A stretch of DNA of 64,000 nt from Geopsychrobacteraceae bacterium (lineage in GTDB: Bacteria > Desulfobacterota > Desulfuromonadia > Desulfuromonadales > Geopsychrobacteraceae): positions 2,816,001 to 2,880,000 of the forward strand of contig OY759353.1 in the NCBI GenBank assembly GCA_963662315.1. The letters are read 5' to 3'. Positions 49,323-61,273 of this stretch are shown one piece after another (within the stretch, counting starts at the first letter, position 1; each line of letters opens with the position of its first letter). The translations under genes and the position numbers were made by a program. Below the pieces are notes generated by a model. That model worked only from the letters and a program-made list of their open reading frames with translations, was not told the DNA's origin and did not search any database.

Positions 49323-50126
49323 ATGATATCAAACAAACAGATTTTATACCTCTCCCACGGCGGAGGCCCACTTCCTTTACTTGGAGATTCCGGTCATCTG
49401 GAGATGGTTGCCACATTGCAGCAAATTGCCCATGACCTTCCCAGGCCAACTGCCATCCTGTTGGTCAGTGCCCATTGGGAAGCGAATGTGCCTACCATTA
49501 CTGCTGCTCCGCATCCGGCACTGATCTATGATTACTACGGTTTTCCACCACAAGCTTACGCAATATCCTATCCAGCCCCCGGAGAACCGGAACTTGCCCG
49601 AGAGGTTCATCAGCACCTCAGTAAGAATGGCTTCAAACCGGAGCTTCATTATCAGCGTGGCTTCGATCATGGCATGTTCGTGCCGCTGAAAATCATGTAT
49701 CCAGAAGCGGACATCCCCTGTGTGCAACTGTCATTGATCAAAGGGCTTGATCCTGTGCAACATATCAAAATGGGACAGGTGTTGCAGAATATTGCTTATG
49801 ACAATCTCCTGATTATTGGCTCGGGCTTTTCCTTTCATAACATGCAGGCCTTCTTTGCTCCTCAGACAGAAGAAACCCTGGCCAGGAACCAGGCCTTCGA
49901 TGACTGGCTGCAGGAAACCTGCGGCTCAGAAACCCTGTCTTCAAGCGAAAGGCTGGAGCGTCTGTGCCACTGGCAACAGGCCCCCTCGGCACGTTACTGC
50001 CACCCGCGCGAAGAACACCTGTTACCGTTGCATATCTGCTGCGGGCTGGCCGATGAACCCTGTTCACAAAGTTTTCAGCTGAATATTATCGGTAAAAAAT
50101 CGAGCATGTTCCTGTGGTCAAACTGA
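49323..50126 (+). CDS. LigB/DODA-type extradiol dioxygenase
   Basis: SHGGGP, SAHWE, YDYYGFP, RGFDHG and HPREEHLLPL motifs. Confidence 0.92.
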   Translation: MISNKQILYLSHGGGPLPLLGDSGHLEMVATLQQIAHDLPRPTAILLVSAHWEANVPTITAAPHPALIYDYYGFPPQAYAISYPAPGEPELAREVHQHLSKNGFKPELHYQRGFDHGMFVPLKIMYPEADIPCVQLSLIKGLDPVQHIKMGQVLQNIAYDNLLIIGSGFSFHNMQAFFAPQTEETLARNQAFDDWLQETCGSETLSSSERLERLCHWQQAPSARYCHPREEHLLPLHICCGLADEPCSQSFQLNIIGKKSSMFLWSN

Positions 50127-50433
50127 TAGATCCAGAGTGTTAACGCAGATACCATGACATCAATCCGGCCAGGCATCCCGTTATTTCTACTGTATATCTT
50201 TGCCATAACAGCTCTGCTCTTTTATGTCTGTTGGAAGACCCGGGAGAAACCGTAAAGCAGCCACCAGGTTTAAGAAAATAAGATGCGATAAAAACTTGGA
50301 TTGAACTGAACCGTTGTTGTTGGTACAACTGCTTTTTACTAATGGACGACGATATAGCACTGCCACTGTTTCAGCAATATCAACCATTGAATAGGCTTTT
50401 TTATAAAAATGTCTCATTTATGGAGATGAGCGT

Positions 50434-51192
50434 GTGACAAAATCAGCCAGGTCAAGGATATTGATATCAATGGCCTTGTTATTTCTATTTTTCAGCTCGG
50501 CGAGTGCCGATAAGATGCCGACCGAACTCGTCCTGCTTACTCAGTATGAATTTCCCCCTTATGTCATCATCAGACAGGACCAGGCTCTGGGAGGTCATTC
50601 AATTGCAGTGGTCCAATGTATTACGCAACGACTCGGTATTTCGCTGACTCTTAATGCCTATCCCTGGCCCCGCGCTCAGCAACTGGCACAGGCAGGTATC
50701 GGGGACGGCTTCTTTCCGGCCTCACATAACCTGCATCGCGATAGTTACGCCTCCATGTCCGAGCCGATCTCCCCCCAGCGCTGGTATTGGTATCTGCCCG
50801 TAAACAGTTCTGCGGACCCGTTCTCACAGCAGTTTCATGACCAGGCCCATGTGGGTGCACGCCTGGGTTCCAATATGTATAATTGGCTCAAAAAGAATCA
50901 CTATAACCTGACCTATTACACCAGCAACTGGGAAACTCTTGTCACAGCCCTGCTCAATAACCGGGTTGAGGCAATTCTAGCTAACGACGCGACGACCGAC
51001 CCGATTCTGACTGCATTACAGGTGAACCATGCCTACCGAAAAGAGCTCTGTCTGGATATGCCCCTTGGTGTCTATTTTTCTCACCAGTTTCTCGCCAAAT
51101 ACCCAGAGTTCATGAGTCAGTTCAACGCCCAGATTCCAGCCTGTCAGCACTCCTTTGATGACTTTCAGAACCACAGCTCGCCTCTAAAGTAA
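50434..51192 (+). CDS. periplasmic substrate-binding protein (family 3-like)
   Basis: Signal peptide; FPPY and PWPRAQ motifs. Confidence 0.75.
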   Translation: MTKSARSRILISMALLFLFFSSASADKMPTELVLLTQYEFPPYVIIRQDQALGGHSIAVVQCITQRLGISLTLNAYPWPRAQQLAQAGIGDGFFPASHNLHRDSYASMSEPISPQRWYWYLPVNSSADPFSQQFHDQAHVGARLGSNMYNWLKKNHYNLTYYTSNWETLVTALLNNRVEAILANDATTDPILTALQVNHAYRKELCLDMPLGVYFSHQFLAKYPEFMSQFNAQIPACQHSFDDFQNHSSPLK

Positions 51193-51264
51193 AGGCAACC
51201 ATTTCAGACCATTATTCATTTTACTTGTGTTACACTTGCGCCCAAACCTGACCATGGTGATTAT

Positions 51265-51858
51265 ATGTCTCTATTTTTAAGCCTTTGGATCAAATTATTC
51301 TTCGTCCTGACCCCGTTTTTCGGCCTCACCATGTTCCTGAGCATGACTGAAGGCTATGAGAATAACAAACGGCGCAAACTGGCGCTGTCCGTTGCCGCAG
51401 CAGTCGCTATCAGTTGTATGGTGCTGTTCTTTGTCGGTCGCCAGATTTTTGATGTTTTTGGTATTACCCTTGATGCCTTCAGGATTGGTGCCGGCGTCTT
51501 GCTGATGTTGTCAGGCATCAGCCTGGTTAACGGTAAAACCACGACACCGGTCAACGTCAGCAGCGACGATGTTGCCGTTGTCCCCCTGGCCATCCCGATC
51601 TTTGTCGGGCCGGCAACCGTCGGGACATTGCTGGTTCTGGGAGCGGAGCTCAAAACCGTCAGCGCCAAAGCCGTCGGTTCCCTGGCGCTACTCAGTGCTG
51701 TGGCCTGTATTGCCGTGGTGCTTCTGGCAAGTTCCTTTATTAAGCGCGGCCTGGGTTCCCGCGGTATCATCATCTTAAGTAAACTGACGGGTCTGATTCT
51801 TGCCGCATTGTCGGCGCAGATGATTATGTCCGGAGTGCAAGGTTTTTTGCATCTCTGA
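51265..51858 (+). CDS. MarC family membrane protein
   Basis: FGITLDAFRIGAG and VVPLAIPIFVGPA motifs. Confidence 0.9.
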   Translation: MSLFLSLWIKLFFVLTPFFGLTMFLSMTEGYENNKRRKLALSVAAAVAISCMVLFFVGRQIFDVFGITLDAFRIGAGVLLMLSGISLVNGKTTTPVNVSSDDVAVVPLAIPIFVGPATVGTLLVLGAELKTVSAKAVGSLALLSAVACIAVVLLASSFIKRGLGSRGIIILSKLTGLILAALSAQMIMSGVQGFLHL

Positions 51859-51931
51859 GGCGATATATCCTGCAATTATTTACGCGTTGCCACCCACTCT
51901 CAAGCGGGCGACACTTCATGAGAAGAGAACT

Positions 51932-52450
51932 ATGTTTCCACCGTTTATTCGCAAAGTTATGACTTTGGCAGCATTAACAGCTGCTGTATTTAGTTTCTAT
52001 AAAGGTGATGACAACGGTTTTGTCTACCTGTGCATGGCCGCTCTGCTGGTTTATTTCGATATTCGCTGCGGTTCTATTCTTCTGGCCTACAGTGCATTTC
52101 GCCGCCAGGAGTATAATCTGATGCGCAAGTTGATCACCGGAACCCGGAAACCCCAGTGGTTACGTCCACCAAGCAAAGCCTGCTACTATTTTCTGCGCGG
52201 AATTTTACTCACCATTGACGAAAACTATGCTGAGGCCAAAGCCTGCTACCTGCAGGCTGCCAATAAACACCTGCGCCCCAAGCACCTGCAATGCCTGACC
52301 TTCTGCGCTCTGACTGATATGTCCCTTCACCTCGGCCAGCTTGATGAGGCAAGACAGTTTCTGGCTCAGGCAAAAAGCTTTCCGAACCAGCCTGAAGTTG
52401 AACAGATGTTCAGTGAGCTTGAGAAAAGAATGGCTGAGGCCTCTGCGTGA
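51932..52450 (+). CDS. membrane-anchored TPR-like protein
   Basis: Two N-terminal TMs followed by helical repeats. Confidence 0.6.
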   Translation: MFPPFIRKVMTLAALTAAVFSFYKGDDNGFVYLCMAALLVYFDIRCGSILLAYSAFRRQEYNLMRKLITGTRKPQWLRPPSKACYYFLRGILLTIDENYAEAKACYLQAANKHLRPKHLQCLTFCALTDMSLHLGQLDEARQFLAQAKSFPNQPEVEQMFSELEKRMAEASA

Positions 52451-52802
52451 TCAAACACGCGTCAGATCGGTGAGCCACAGTTCCTCACCAGAGGAAAAGA
52501 CATCAACAGAGGCAGAACCTTAAGAGAAAAATCAAGCGCTTTATCAAAGAACGGGACTGGGAGCAGTTCCACACCCCCCAAAATGTCGCTACTGGGCTGA
52601 CGCTTGAAGCAGCGGAGAAATTACAGAACCTGAGGGAGGAGATTGGGGATGTCATGCCTTACCTGATTGAGCTGGCGGCCATGTTCGATCTGGATCTCCT
52701 TGAATATGCTCACCCAAAAATCACCCTGAATGAACAATAATACCTGGCCAATCTGGTGCGGGGACAGGCCCGAAAGTATACCGAATACGAATAATCTCAG
52801 AG

Positions 52803-53027
52803 TCATTCAGGCATTTCACCAACAAATTCGAAGCGCGGAACCCTCTTTCCGCCAACCTCTTTGTCATCGAAAAACATCGCCAGAGGCCGCACCCACAGGG
52901 AATATTCCCCATACAGAGTGCGGTACAGAACCAGCTCTTCTTCTGTCTCAGAATGCCTTACGGTGCCCAGAACCTGATACTCATTGCCCTTAAAGTGGCG
53001 ATATTTTCCCGGTTTGATCGTCGTCAT
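52803..53027 (-). CDS. DUF1653 protein
   Basis: GKYRHFKGNEY, HSETEE and WVRPLAMF motifs. Confidence 0.9.
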   Translation of the reverse strand: MTTIKPGKYRHFKGNEYQVLGTVRHSETEEELVLYRTLYGEYSLWVRPLAMFFDDKEVGGKRVPRFEFVGEMPE

Positions 53028-53094
53028 AGCGGTCCTTTTCCTGCCCGTTAAAAACTCTTTACTTTTCTGCGTCTCTCTTAGCACAATATGGCTC

Positions 53095-53457
53095 ATGAAA
53101 CAAACAGACACTTATGCCAAACCACAACAGGTCGCTTTTCACGCCTTTCTGGTGCTGTTCAGTATGCTTATCATTCTTTCGTCCTGCGGGACCTGGCTAC
53201 TGAATTTTTCAGTTCTCCAGATCAGCCTCATTATCTCTGTTGCTCTGGTGCTTGTCAGCCTGGTTCTCTGGCTTTTCCTGCGCTATCGGTTGCGTGCCCA
53301 ACAGGCCAGTTACCTGGCCATTTATCAGTTTCAGATCAAGGAAAAATCGCACTTTCTCCTTGGCCCCAACGGCTCACTGACAACGAGAGAGGGTAAACCT
53401 CTCTCCCACAAAGACAGCCCGGTTTTCCGCCCTAAGGCAAAGAAGACCAGAAGTTGA
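53095..53457 (+). CDS. small membrane protein
   Basis: Two TM segments; start MKQTDT avoids overlap with DUF1653. Confidence 0.5.
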   Translation: MKQTDTYAKPQQVAFHAFLVLFSMLIILSSCGTWLLNFSVLQISLIISVALVLVSLVLWLFLRYRLRAQQASYLAIYQFQIKEKSHFLLGPNGSLTTREGKPLSHKDSPVFRPKAKKTRS

Positions 53458-53610
53458 CCTGTCTTAAGAAACTCTTTCTGAATAAGACATCGCCAATAAT
53501 CGCATTAAACCCTCTCTGCCTGTGAAAATACCTTGTGATCGACCTGTGATTTCTATACACTCCAACCATACAGACAAGTTAAATATTGAATATATAGCAG
53601 ATTTAACAGC

Positions 53611-55449
53611 GTGGACGGTCAATATATAGTGGCGCCTATGCATTTTTCATATCTGCCCAGCAGACAAATCACTCCCCCTCAAAGGCGCAATTTTATTGGT
53701 CGTATTTTCCTGCTTGCGTTGTTTTTTCTGTCATTTGACAACCTATCTTTCTCCCAACCGGATGGCGTAACTCTGACCGTCAACAAAACGTTCCAGAATC
53801 TGCAAGACCCGTTGTATTGTCTTGATCAGGACCAAAGCCCCCCTCACCCTGGAATGTCAACCCTGCCAGGCTGGCGCTTATGTAAGCGTCAGGATCTGTT
53901 TATTCAGCCTCCTAAAGCATCACCGTGGATCCGCATCAGTCTCAATAACAGCACGGAGAATTCACTTTGGCTGCTCAGAGTTGACGGGCATCATTTGGCG
54001 CATGTCGATGTTTACCGGGAACTCGCGTCAGGACATTCTCAAAACCTTAGCGCGGTAGATCAATCTCTGTTTCTTTATCCTCTCGAAATGGATCCCGCTG
54101 AACAAACCTCTTTGTTCCTTAAAGCCCGTGCCGACTTTGACTCTTTTCTGCAGCTTAAAATAGGGGCTCAGAATCACTATTATCAGCACCACTTCTGGAA
54201 TACTCTGATCCAGGGATTTTTCTTTGGTACCCTGATTATCATGCTGCTTTACAACTTTTGCCTCTATCTCTGGCTTAAAGAAAAAAACTACCGCTGTTAC
54301 TCACTTTATCTGCTGAGTGTCATTATTTATGTTGTTGCCGATAGCGGCCTCGGCCGTCAATATCTGTGGACTGACTGGTCATGGTTGAGACGTCACGATT
54401 ACACCCTTTTTGCTGCTTTTTCATTTACGGCAGCCACCCTTTTCATCAGACGTTTTTTGCAGCTCAGGATGTATCGTGGCTGGGTTTATCCGCTCAGTAA
54501 TATTTTCCTTTGTGCCTGGATAACCCTGACCCTGTGTTCACTGGTCCTGACGACCCTTGCCTTTCGCATGACTCTTTACAGTATGGGTTTTCTGTCCCTT
54601 GTTGCCGGTCTGATAACCAGTCTGTATCTCTGGCAGCGAGGTAGCCTGCAGGCCCGCCAATATACCATCGCCTACATCATTCTTTATATTGGCACCACCA
54701 TCCATATCCTTGGCCTTGCGGGGCTGATCCCCTGGAGTTCATGGACTGAATACGCCCAGTTGATCGGTTTTACCGTTGAATTTTCCCTTCTGTCTCTGGC
54801 GCTGGCCGATGCCATGAACCGAAGTCTGGAAAGTCGCGTCAGCGAGCGAACAACCGCTCTGGAACAGGCCCTGGACAAGCTGGAGACCGTTAATTATGAA
54901 CTGGCGAACCAAAGTCTTACCGATCCTTTGACCGCAATCTATAATCGTCGCTATTTTGATCAGGTCTATAACAATGAACTGCAGCGCGGTATTCGCAGTA
55001 ACCTCCCGCTATCAATACTGATGATCGATATTGATCATTTCAAGTCGGTTAATGACCGCTTTGGCCATCTGCAAGGCGACGAATGTCTGCGTCTGATCGC
55101 CAGTACCCTGGACAACCTTGTTGAGCGCAGCAATGATTTGTTAGCCCGCTATGGAGGGGAGGAATTTGTCATCCTGCTTCCGGGAACCAGTCAGGATCAT
55201 GCCTTCATTTTCGCTGAGCGAGTGTTAACGACGGTGCGCAACACGCCTTTTTTCATTAATAGTAAAAAATTGTCCATTACGGTCAGTATTGGTGTGGCCG
55301 GTTGGATTCCGGCCCAGGGGGAAGAGATCGAGATCCTTCAGGACGCTGCGGACAAGGCGCTATATCGGGCCAAAGCAGCGGGTCGCAACTGTATCAGGAC
55401 GGCCAGTGAGACTGACCGTCCAAACTTTCAACTGCAACTCCTGCAGTAA
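53611..55449 (+). CDS. 7TM-DISM sensor diguanylate cyclase
   Basis: Multiple TMs; TDPLT..YNRR, DIDHFK and RYGGEEF motifs. Confidence 0.9.
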   Translation: MDGQYIVAPMHFSYLPSRQITPPQRRNFIGRIFLLALFFLSFDNLSFSQPDGVTLTVNKTFQNLQDPLYCLDQDQSPPHPGMSTLPGWRLCKRQDLFIQPPKASPWIRISLNNSTENSLWLLRVDGHHLAHVDVYRELASGHSQNLSAVDQSLFLYPLEMDPAEQTSLFLKARADFDSFLQLKIGAQNHYYQHHFWNTLIQGFFFGTLIIMLLYNFCLYLWLKEKNYRCYSLYLLSVIIYVVADSGLGRQYLWTDWSWLRRHDYTLFAAFSFTAATLFIRRFLQLRMYRGWVYPLSNIFLCAWITLTLCSLVLTTLAFRMTLYSMGFLSLVAGLITSLYLWQRGSLQARQYTIAYIILYIGTTIHILGLAGLIPWSSWTEYAQLIGFTVEFSLLSLALADAMNRSLESRVSERTTALEQALDKLETVNYELANQSLTDPLTAIYNRRYFDQVYNNELQRGIRSNLPLSILMIDIDHFKSVNDRFGHLQGDECLRLIASTLDNLVERSNDLLARYGGEEFVILLPGTSQDHAFIFAERVLTTVRNTPFFINSKKLSITVSIGVAGWIPAQGEEIEILQDAADKALYRAKAAGRNCIRTASETDRPNFQLQLLQ

Positions 55450-55465
55450 CCTGGCACGCCAAACT

Positions 55466-56863
55466 TCAGTGCTCTACAAAAACGCTTTTCTTCTTTACCC
55501 GTCCCAATGAACAGCCAATGCCGATAAGACAAAGACCGCTGAATGCCAGCAAGGCGAGATGCATACTTTGCAGAAATCCTGGTAATGTTTCTTGCGTAAC
55601 TTCCTGGCCATGCATAACATAGGAAAAAATCAGGGTAATGATCATCATGCTCGATACCATGCCCAGGGTCCGCATGCTGGCGTTCAGCCCAGAGGCAACG
55701 CCCAGATGGCGCGGTTCAACGCTGCCCATGATCATATTGGTGTTTGGTGAGGAGAACAGGGCAAAGCCTATCCCCATAAAAACCAGCAACAACAACACCT
55801 GCAGCAGTGACGAGTTTGCCGACAGGAAGGAGGCAACTCCCAGCCCTGCAGCACAAAACGCCATTCCGGTCGTCGCGACCAGGGAGGCCGGTATCCGATC
55901 AGACAATCGTCCACATGCAGGGGAAAACAGGGTCTGAATAATCGGCTGGGCAATCAGCACTGTACCTGCCTGCTGTGGCCCCATCCCCTTGACATACTGC
56001 AGGTAGAGGCTCATGAAGAAGGTTACCCCGAAAGTTGCCGCATAATTAAACAGAGCCGCCAGGTTACTCAAGGCAAAGACGCGGTTCTCACTAAGTAATT
56101 TGATATCCAGCAGGGGGTACTGTGTTATCCGTTCATGAAGCAGGAAGAGCAGGAAACCAAGGTTGGCAAGAACAACCAGCCCCCAGGCCCACCAGCCCCG
56201 GCTCAAATGAGCGACTCCCCAGACCAGCAGCATAATCGAGCAGCCATAAATGATGGCTCCTTTCAAATCAAAAGGCTCACCCCGGGCCGGATACCACTCA
56301 CCTTTAATTTTCAGACAGGTCACCAGCCAGGTTAACAACCCCAGAGGAATCAACAGGTAAAACAAGGCGCGCCATCCGAACCAGGCGACCAGATAGCCGC
56401 CGATAAAAGGCCCACAGGAAATTCCGGCATAAACACTGGCCACGGCAATTCCCAGTGCCTTGCCCCGTTGCTCTGCTGGAAACACCGCAACGACAATGGC
56501 CATTGTCGTTGCCAGGACCATGGCGCCACCAATCCCCTGCAGAAAGCGCATGACAATGACACCTTCAATCGACCAGGCCTGTGAAATAGCCGCTCCCGTA
56601 AAAGTAAACAGCAGCAACCCGGTCTGGAAAATACGCCGTCGGCCGTGAATATCACCAAAGCGCCCCATCGCCAGCAAAAAGATGGCCGATGACAGTGCGT
56701 AGGTTGTTTCAACCAGGCCCAACTGCATGGCGGTCGCGGAAAATTCCCGCCCCATGACCGGCAGAGCCACTCCGACCGAAGACATCATGAACGGCATCAA
56801 AAAGTGGGCAACACAGACAGAAAACAGAATCGCCCCCCGTGCTGGCTCGTCCTCCTGGTTCAT
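55466..56863 (-). CDS. MFS transporter (DHA2/EmrB-like)
   Basis: GRFGDIHGRRR motif A; multiple TMs. Confidence 0.9.
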   Translation of the reverse strand: MNQEDEPARGAILFSVCVAHFLMPFMMSSVGVALPVMGREFSATAMQLGLVETTYALSSAIFLLAMGRFGDIHGRRRIFQTGLLLFTFTGAAISQAWSIEGVIVMRFLQGIGGAMVLATTMAIVVAVFPAEQRGKALGIAVASVYAGISCGPFIGGYLVAWFGWRALFYLLIPLGLLTWLVTCLKIKGEWYPARGEPFDLKGAIIYGCSIMLLVWGVAHLSRGWWAWGLVVLANLGFLLFLLHERITQYPLLDIKLLSENRVFALSNLAALFNYAATFGVTFFMSLYLQYVKGMGPQQAGTVLIAQPIIQTLFSPACGRLSDRIPASLVATTGMAFCAAGLGVASFLSANSSLLQVLLLLVFMGIGFALFSSPNTNMIMGSVEPRHLGVASGLNASMRTLGMVSSMMIITLIFSYVMHGQEVTQETLPGFLQSMHLALLAFSGLCLIGIGCSLGRVKKKSVFVEH

Positions 56864-58062
56864 CTTTTCTTATTCCGCTCTTTTTTCTTCTGGCTGGCCT
56901 TCAACAGTTCACCAAAGGTACCCATCCCTGAAGACTGGGGCTGGTCCGAGTAACTGGTATCAAGTTCTTCCTCGACGTTGGCGCCTGCGAGCGCCAGACT
57001 GATGCGGTGCTCGTCTTTATCAATCTTTTCAATCACAACGGTCAGACTCTGCCCGACGGTAACAACATCCTGCGGATGCCGGACCCGCTGGCCATTTTCC
57101 GCTAATTTGGAAATATGCAACAGCCCGTCGATTCCGTCTTCCAGGGATACAAAAGCACCAAACTGGGCCAGGCGATTGACCTTGCCTGCATACTGACCTC
57201 CAACCTTGTAAATGGAGCCAACCTTACTCCACGGATCGGCAAGGGTATCGCGCAGGCTGAAAGAAAATTTGTTGTTTTCCCAATCGATTTTCTTGATAGA
57301 GACCTCCAGCTGCTGACCAATGCGCAGGATATCGTTGACATCGTCAACTCGGCCATAGCTGATCTCGGAAATCGGCAGTAAGCCCTCAATTCCACCAATA
57401 TCGACAAAAGCACCGAAATCGAGGATATTGGTCACCTCGCCGGAGACAATCATCCCCTCCTTGAGGGTATGACGTAAACTTTCCCGCTGTTGCTGACGTT
57501 CTTCATCCAGCAACTGACGGTGTGATACGACAATATTGCGACCCCGCTCACTGAACTGGGTAATTTTAAAGGAGAGCGCCGTACCGATCAGATCGGCTGG
57601 CTCGCCCTGCCGGATACCGGTCTGGGAAAAAGGGCAAAAGGCCCGGACATTACCGGCCAGTTTGACTTCAAAGCCTCCTTTGATCTCTTTTTCGATCCGT
57701 CCTTCAACGGGAATACCACTCTGCCAGGCATTTTCCAATTGCTCGGTACCGGAACCACTGCCACCAACCTTGGTCGTAAAGCGGAGTTCTCCGCCACTGC
57801 GTGACAGGAAAAACACCGGTATTTTATCGCCGGGCTTGAATTGTGGCTCACCATCTGCGTTCAGCAATTCAGCAGTAGCGAGAACGCCCTCCCCCTTTTG
57901 GCCGACATCGAGAAAACTCCAGTCTTTACCCAGCTGAAGCAAGGTTCCTTCAATTTTCTGCCCTGGCTCCAGCTGCTGGCCGACATCGGCCAGACTGGCT
58001 TCAAACATGGCTGCGAAATCTTCTTCGTCATTAAAATCGTCATCTTTAAAGTCGTCACTCAT
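56860..58062 (-). CDS. ribosomal protein S1-like RNA-binding protein (4 S1 domains)
   Basis: Repeated FGAFV.....GLL.IS S1 motifs. Confidence 0.85.
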   Translation of the reverse strand: MSDDFKDDDFNDEEDFAAMFEASLADVGQQLEPGQKIEGTLLQLGKDWSFLDVGQKGEGVLATAELLNADGEPQFKPGDKIPVFFLSRSGGELRFTTKVGGSGSGTEQLENAWQSGIPVEGRIEKEIKGGFEVKLAGNVRAFCPFSQTGIRQGEPADLIGTALSFKITQFSERGRNIVVSHRQLLDEERQQQRESLRHTLKEGMIVSGEVTNILDFGAFVDIGGIEGLLPISEISYGRVDDVNDILRIGQQLEVSIKKIDWENNKFSFSLRDTLADPWSKVGSIYKVGGQYAGKVNRLAQFGAFVSLEDGIDGLLHISKLAENGQRVRHPQDVVTVGQSLTVVIEKIDKDEHRISLALAGANVEEELDTSYSDQPQSSGMGTFGELLKASQKKKERNKKR

Positions 58063-58193
58063 ATCTGTATCCTCTTTGAATATGCGGGAAAAAAAGAAAG
58101 ACTAGCCCTTTTTCAGATCAGAGTAAATGGATTGTTTTTTATCATGAAGGTGCTATCTTTTGACCACACGGACAATAGTCTTGGAGGAATGGG

Positions 58194-58892
58194 ATGAAAC
58201 CAACCAGCTGGCTGGAAAGCCTGAATTGTGCGATTGAAGGCATTCTCTGGGCCGCCAGAGGGGAACGCCACGTTCGTTATCACCTGGTCGCGGCCTTGGC
58301 GGTTGTCTTTCTAGCCCTGTTTTTCAGGGTTTCTGCGGTTGAATTCTTCCTGCTCGCGCTGGCTGCCGTGCTGGTTCTGTTTGCCGAACTGATGAATACC
58401 GCCATTGAAGCGGTTGTGGATCTGGTCACCGACGACTATCATGAACTTGCCAAACGGGCCAAAGATGTTGCCGCAGGAGCCGTGCTGGTGACCAGCTTCG
58501 GTTCTGTCGTTTTAGGCTACCTGGTTTTGTCCGGCCATATTTTCCCCCTCTTTGACAGCCAGCCGACACTGGTAAAAGAACCTCAGGGCACCATACCGGT
58601 CGGCGCGCTGTTGATAGTGGTTATCCTGGTGGTCCTGTTTAAATCACGCTTTAACCACGGCACTCCGTTACACGGAGGGATGCCCAGCGGCCACACCGCT
58701 ATCGCTTTTTCCATTGCAACATCAACCCTGCTGATGAGCCACAGTCTGATTATCGGCTTGTTGGTCTTGCTCCTGGCGCTGCTGGTCAGCCAGAGTCGTC
58801 TGCTGATGAAAATCCACACCCCGCGTGAAGTTTTTCTGGGCGCTCTGCTCGGGACCATTGTGACCTTGCTGGCTCACCTTATTTTTACCTGA
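58194..58892 (+). CDS. dgkA: diacylglycerol kinase fused to a PAP2 domain
   Basis: ELMNTAIEAVVD and AKDVAAGAV motifs; GMPSGH...SRL...H PAP2 motifs. Confidence 0.85.
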   Translation: MKPTSWLESLNCAIEGILWAARGERHVRYHLVAALAVVFLALFFRVSAVEFFLLALAAVLVLFAELMNTAIEAVVDLVTDDYHELAKRAKDVAAGAVLVTSFGSVVLGYLVLSGHIFPLFDSQPTLVKEPQGTIPVGALLIVVILVVLFKSRFNHGTPLHGGMPSGHTAIAFSIATSTLLMSHSLIIGLLVLLLALLVSQSRLLMKIHTPREVFLGALLGTIVTLLAHLIFT

Positions 58893-59023
58893 CGCTTCTC
58901 AAGCGGGATGCCAGCCTTCCGTTCCCGGCTTAAACACCAGGATCTCTAGAAGATAATTTAGTGTTTTTGTTACAATTTCTTGCGTGTTCCCGTGCTGTGA
59001 GCTAGACTTTTCAAGACCAACCG

Positions 59024-61273
59024 ATGCTTTCGCAACTGATCTGCAGCAGGGGGGACCTGATCATGCGAATTTCCCATAGACTTCTGGTTCTGGCCATTAT
59101 TTCAGCTCTCCTCAGCTGCGGCACCCTGCTATGTCAGGGTGCCGCAGCAACAGAATCGCCTCCAGTACTGACAGCTGCAGAGCAGCAGTTTTTGCAGGAA
59201 CATCCCGTCATAAGGGTCGGCTTTGACCCTGAATTTGCACCTTTTGAATTTAAAGACAGCCATGGCGCCATCCAAGGAATTGCTTTTGATTATATCGATC
59301 TGCTCAACCGCCGCCTCGGAACCAATCTGCAGGTGGTTGAGGGTTTAAGCTGGCAGGAAGCCGTTGATGCCATCAAGCGTCGGCAACTCGATGTTCTTCC
59401 GTGTATCGGAAAAACGGCTGAAAGGTCCAGCTTTCTTAACTTCAGTGTCCCTTACCTCGACTACTACCGCGTTATTATCACCCGCAGCGAACATCCCTTT
59501 GTCAGTGACCTGCAGGATCTTGTCGGAAAACGGGTTGCCGTTCAGTCACATACTTCCCACTCTGGTTTTATTCGGGAACATACTCACCTATCACTGACTG
59601 AATACCCGACATTGCAAGAAGCCCTGCAAGCATTATCGGGTGGTTCAGTCGATGCATTTGTCGGCAATGTTGCATCATCCAGCTATTGGATCAGGCAACT
59701 TAACCTGACCAATCTGAAAATTGCGGCCCCGGTGTCACATGAGGTCTATAAACTGCACTTCGGGGTGCGCAGCGACTGGCCTCTCCTCATCGATATCATC
59801 AACAAAGGGCTGGCCAGTATCAGTTATGACGAAGCCTCCGGCATTGCCCGGCGCTGGATCAATATTGATTACAATCCGGGCATTTCAAAACAAACGTTTG
59901 TTGTTTCCATCCTACAGATTGCAGCAGTCTCGACCATCATTGTCTTGGCCATCCTCTACTGGACATTGCGGCTGAAACAGGAAGTCGGGCAAAGGAAAAT
60001 TTCCGAGCAGGCCCTGCAGAGCCACATTGAGTTTGAACGCTTCAGCGCTGAATCCTCGAGTCAATTTATCATCAACTCGTCAGCCCAATTTGATAACAGC
60101 GTTAAAAGCGTTCTTGAAAAACTCGGACAGGTGCTCCAGGTTGACGCCTGCTATATATACCTGCTTGATCACTCCAGAGACCTCTTCTGCTGTGATTACC
60201 GGTGGGATAATGGTCGGTTGTCATTGCCGGACGGAGGGTCTTATCAATTTGCTGCGGAACAGATTAGCTGGTGGTATGAGCAATTGATTCAACGTCATGA
60301 GGTCGTTATCCATTCCCAGTCACAAATTCCAGCTGACGCCATCGCGGAAAAAGCTCTGTTCTCCAGCATGGGAGTCGCATCAATGGTTAATATGCCTCTC
60401 ATTTTTCGCTGTGATCTGATCGGGATGCTTGGGGTCAGCACCAAAGATCAACGTGACTGGCTCAAGTCGGACATCGACCATATCCGCCAGATCAGCTCAA
60501 CCCTGACCCACGCTTTTCAACGTCATAATATGGAACAGGAACTTCAGTCCGCCATGCAACAGGCACAAATGGCCAACCACATAAAAAGTGCATTTCTGGC
60601 CAGTATGTCCCATGAACTAAGAACCCCTCTTAATTCCATTATCGGCTTTCTTGGCCTGGTTGAAAGTGAACTGGCCGGGCCTCTCAATTTTGAACAGAAA
60701 AAGCAGCTGCGCATGGCGAGTGGCAGTGCTCAACATCTGCTCAACCTGGTCAATGACGTTCTTGATATTTCTAAAATTGAAGCTGGCGAATTGCAGGTCG
60801 AATCTGAACAGTTCGATATCATCGAATTACTTCAAAACACCTGTGACAACCTCATACCGCTGGCCCAAAGCAAGCAACTTTCCCTTTCCTTTAAACCTCT
60901 TGTCAATCATTTATCACTAATTAGTGACAAGCGCCGGGTAAAACAGATTCTCATCAATATCATCAATAACGCCATCAAATTTACCGAAACCGGTCATATC
61001 AACCTAAGCTGTCAAACCGGCGGTGATTACTGTGAAATTAGCATTCAGGATACCGGGATCGGCATTGCCAAGGAACATCTCGAAACGATATTCGAGCCGT
61101 TTCGGCAAATCGACAGCGGTACCGAAAGGCGCTATGAAGGGACCGGGCTTGGCTTATCTATCTGTATGAAGTTACTGCGGTTACTCAATGGTGACATCAG
61201 CGTTAGCAGCAGGCTTGGTGAAGGAAGCTGCTTTCTGCTCCGCTTCCCCTTACCAGGAAAGGACTCCATATGA
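59024..61273 (+). CDS. sensor histidine kinase (PBPb-GAF-HisKA-HATPase)
   Basis: [20 protein letters not shown] and GTGLGL motifs. Confidence 0.93.
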   Translation: MLSQLICSRGDLIMRISHRLLVLAIISALLSCGTLLCQGAAATESPPVLTAAEQQFLQEHPVIRVGFDPEFAPFEFKDSHGAIQGIAFDYIDLLNRRLGTNLQVVEGLSWQEAVDAIKRRQLDVLPCIGKTAERSSFLNFSVPYLDYYRVIITRSEHPFVSDLQDLVGKRVAVQSHTSHSGFIREHTHLSLTEYPTLQEALQALSGGSVDAFVGNVASSSYWIRQLNLTNLKIAAPVSHEVYKLHFGVRSDWPLLIDIINKGLASISYDEASGIARRWINIDYNPGISKQTFVVSILQIAAVSTIIVLAILYWTLRLKQEVGQRKISEQALQSHIEFERFSAESSSQFIINSSAQFDNSVKSVLEKLGQVLQVDACYIYLLDHSRDLFCCDYRWDNGRLSLPDGGSYQFAAEQISWWYEQLIQRHEVVIHSQSQIPADAIAEKALFSSMGVASMVNMPLIFRCDLIGMLGVSTKDQRDWLKSDIDHIRQISSTLTHAFQRHNMEQELQSAMQQAQMANHIKSAFLASMSHELRTPLNSIIGFLGLVESELAGPLNFEQKKQLRMASGSAQHLLNLVNDVLDISKIEAGELQVESEQFDIIELLQNTCDNLIPLAQSKQLSLSFKPLVNHLSLISDKRRVKQILINIINNAIKFTETGHINLSCQTGGDYCEISIQDTGIGIAKEHLETIFEPFRQIDSGTERRYEGTGLGLSICMKLLRLLNGDISVSSRLGEGSCFLLRFPLPGKDSI

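Noticed and set aside
50130..50430. Possible c-di-GMP riboswitch (GGCAAA...GGGATGC on the minus strand)
   Set aside because: The required GNRA-capped stem and second hairpin are not evident.
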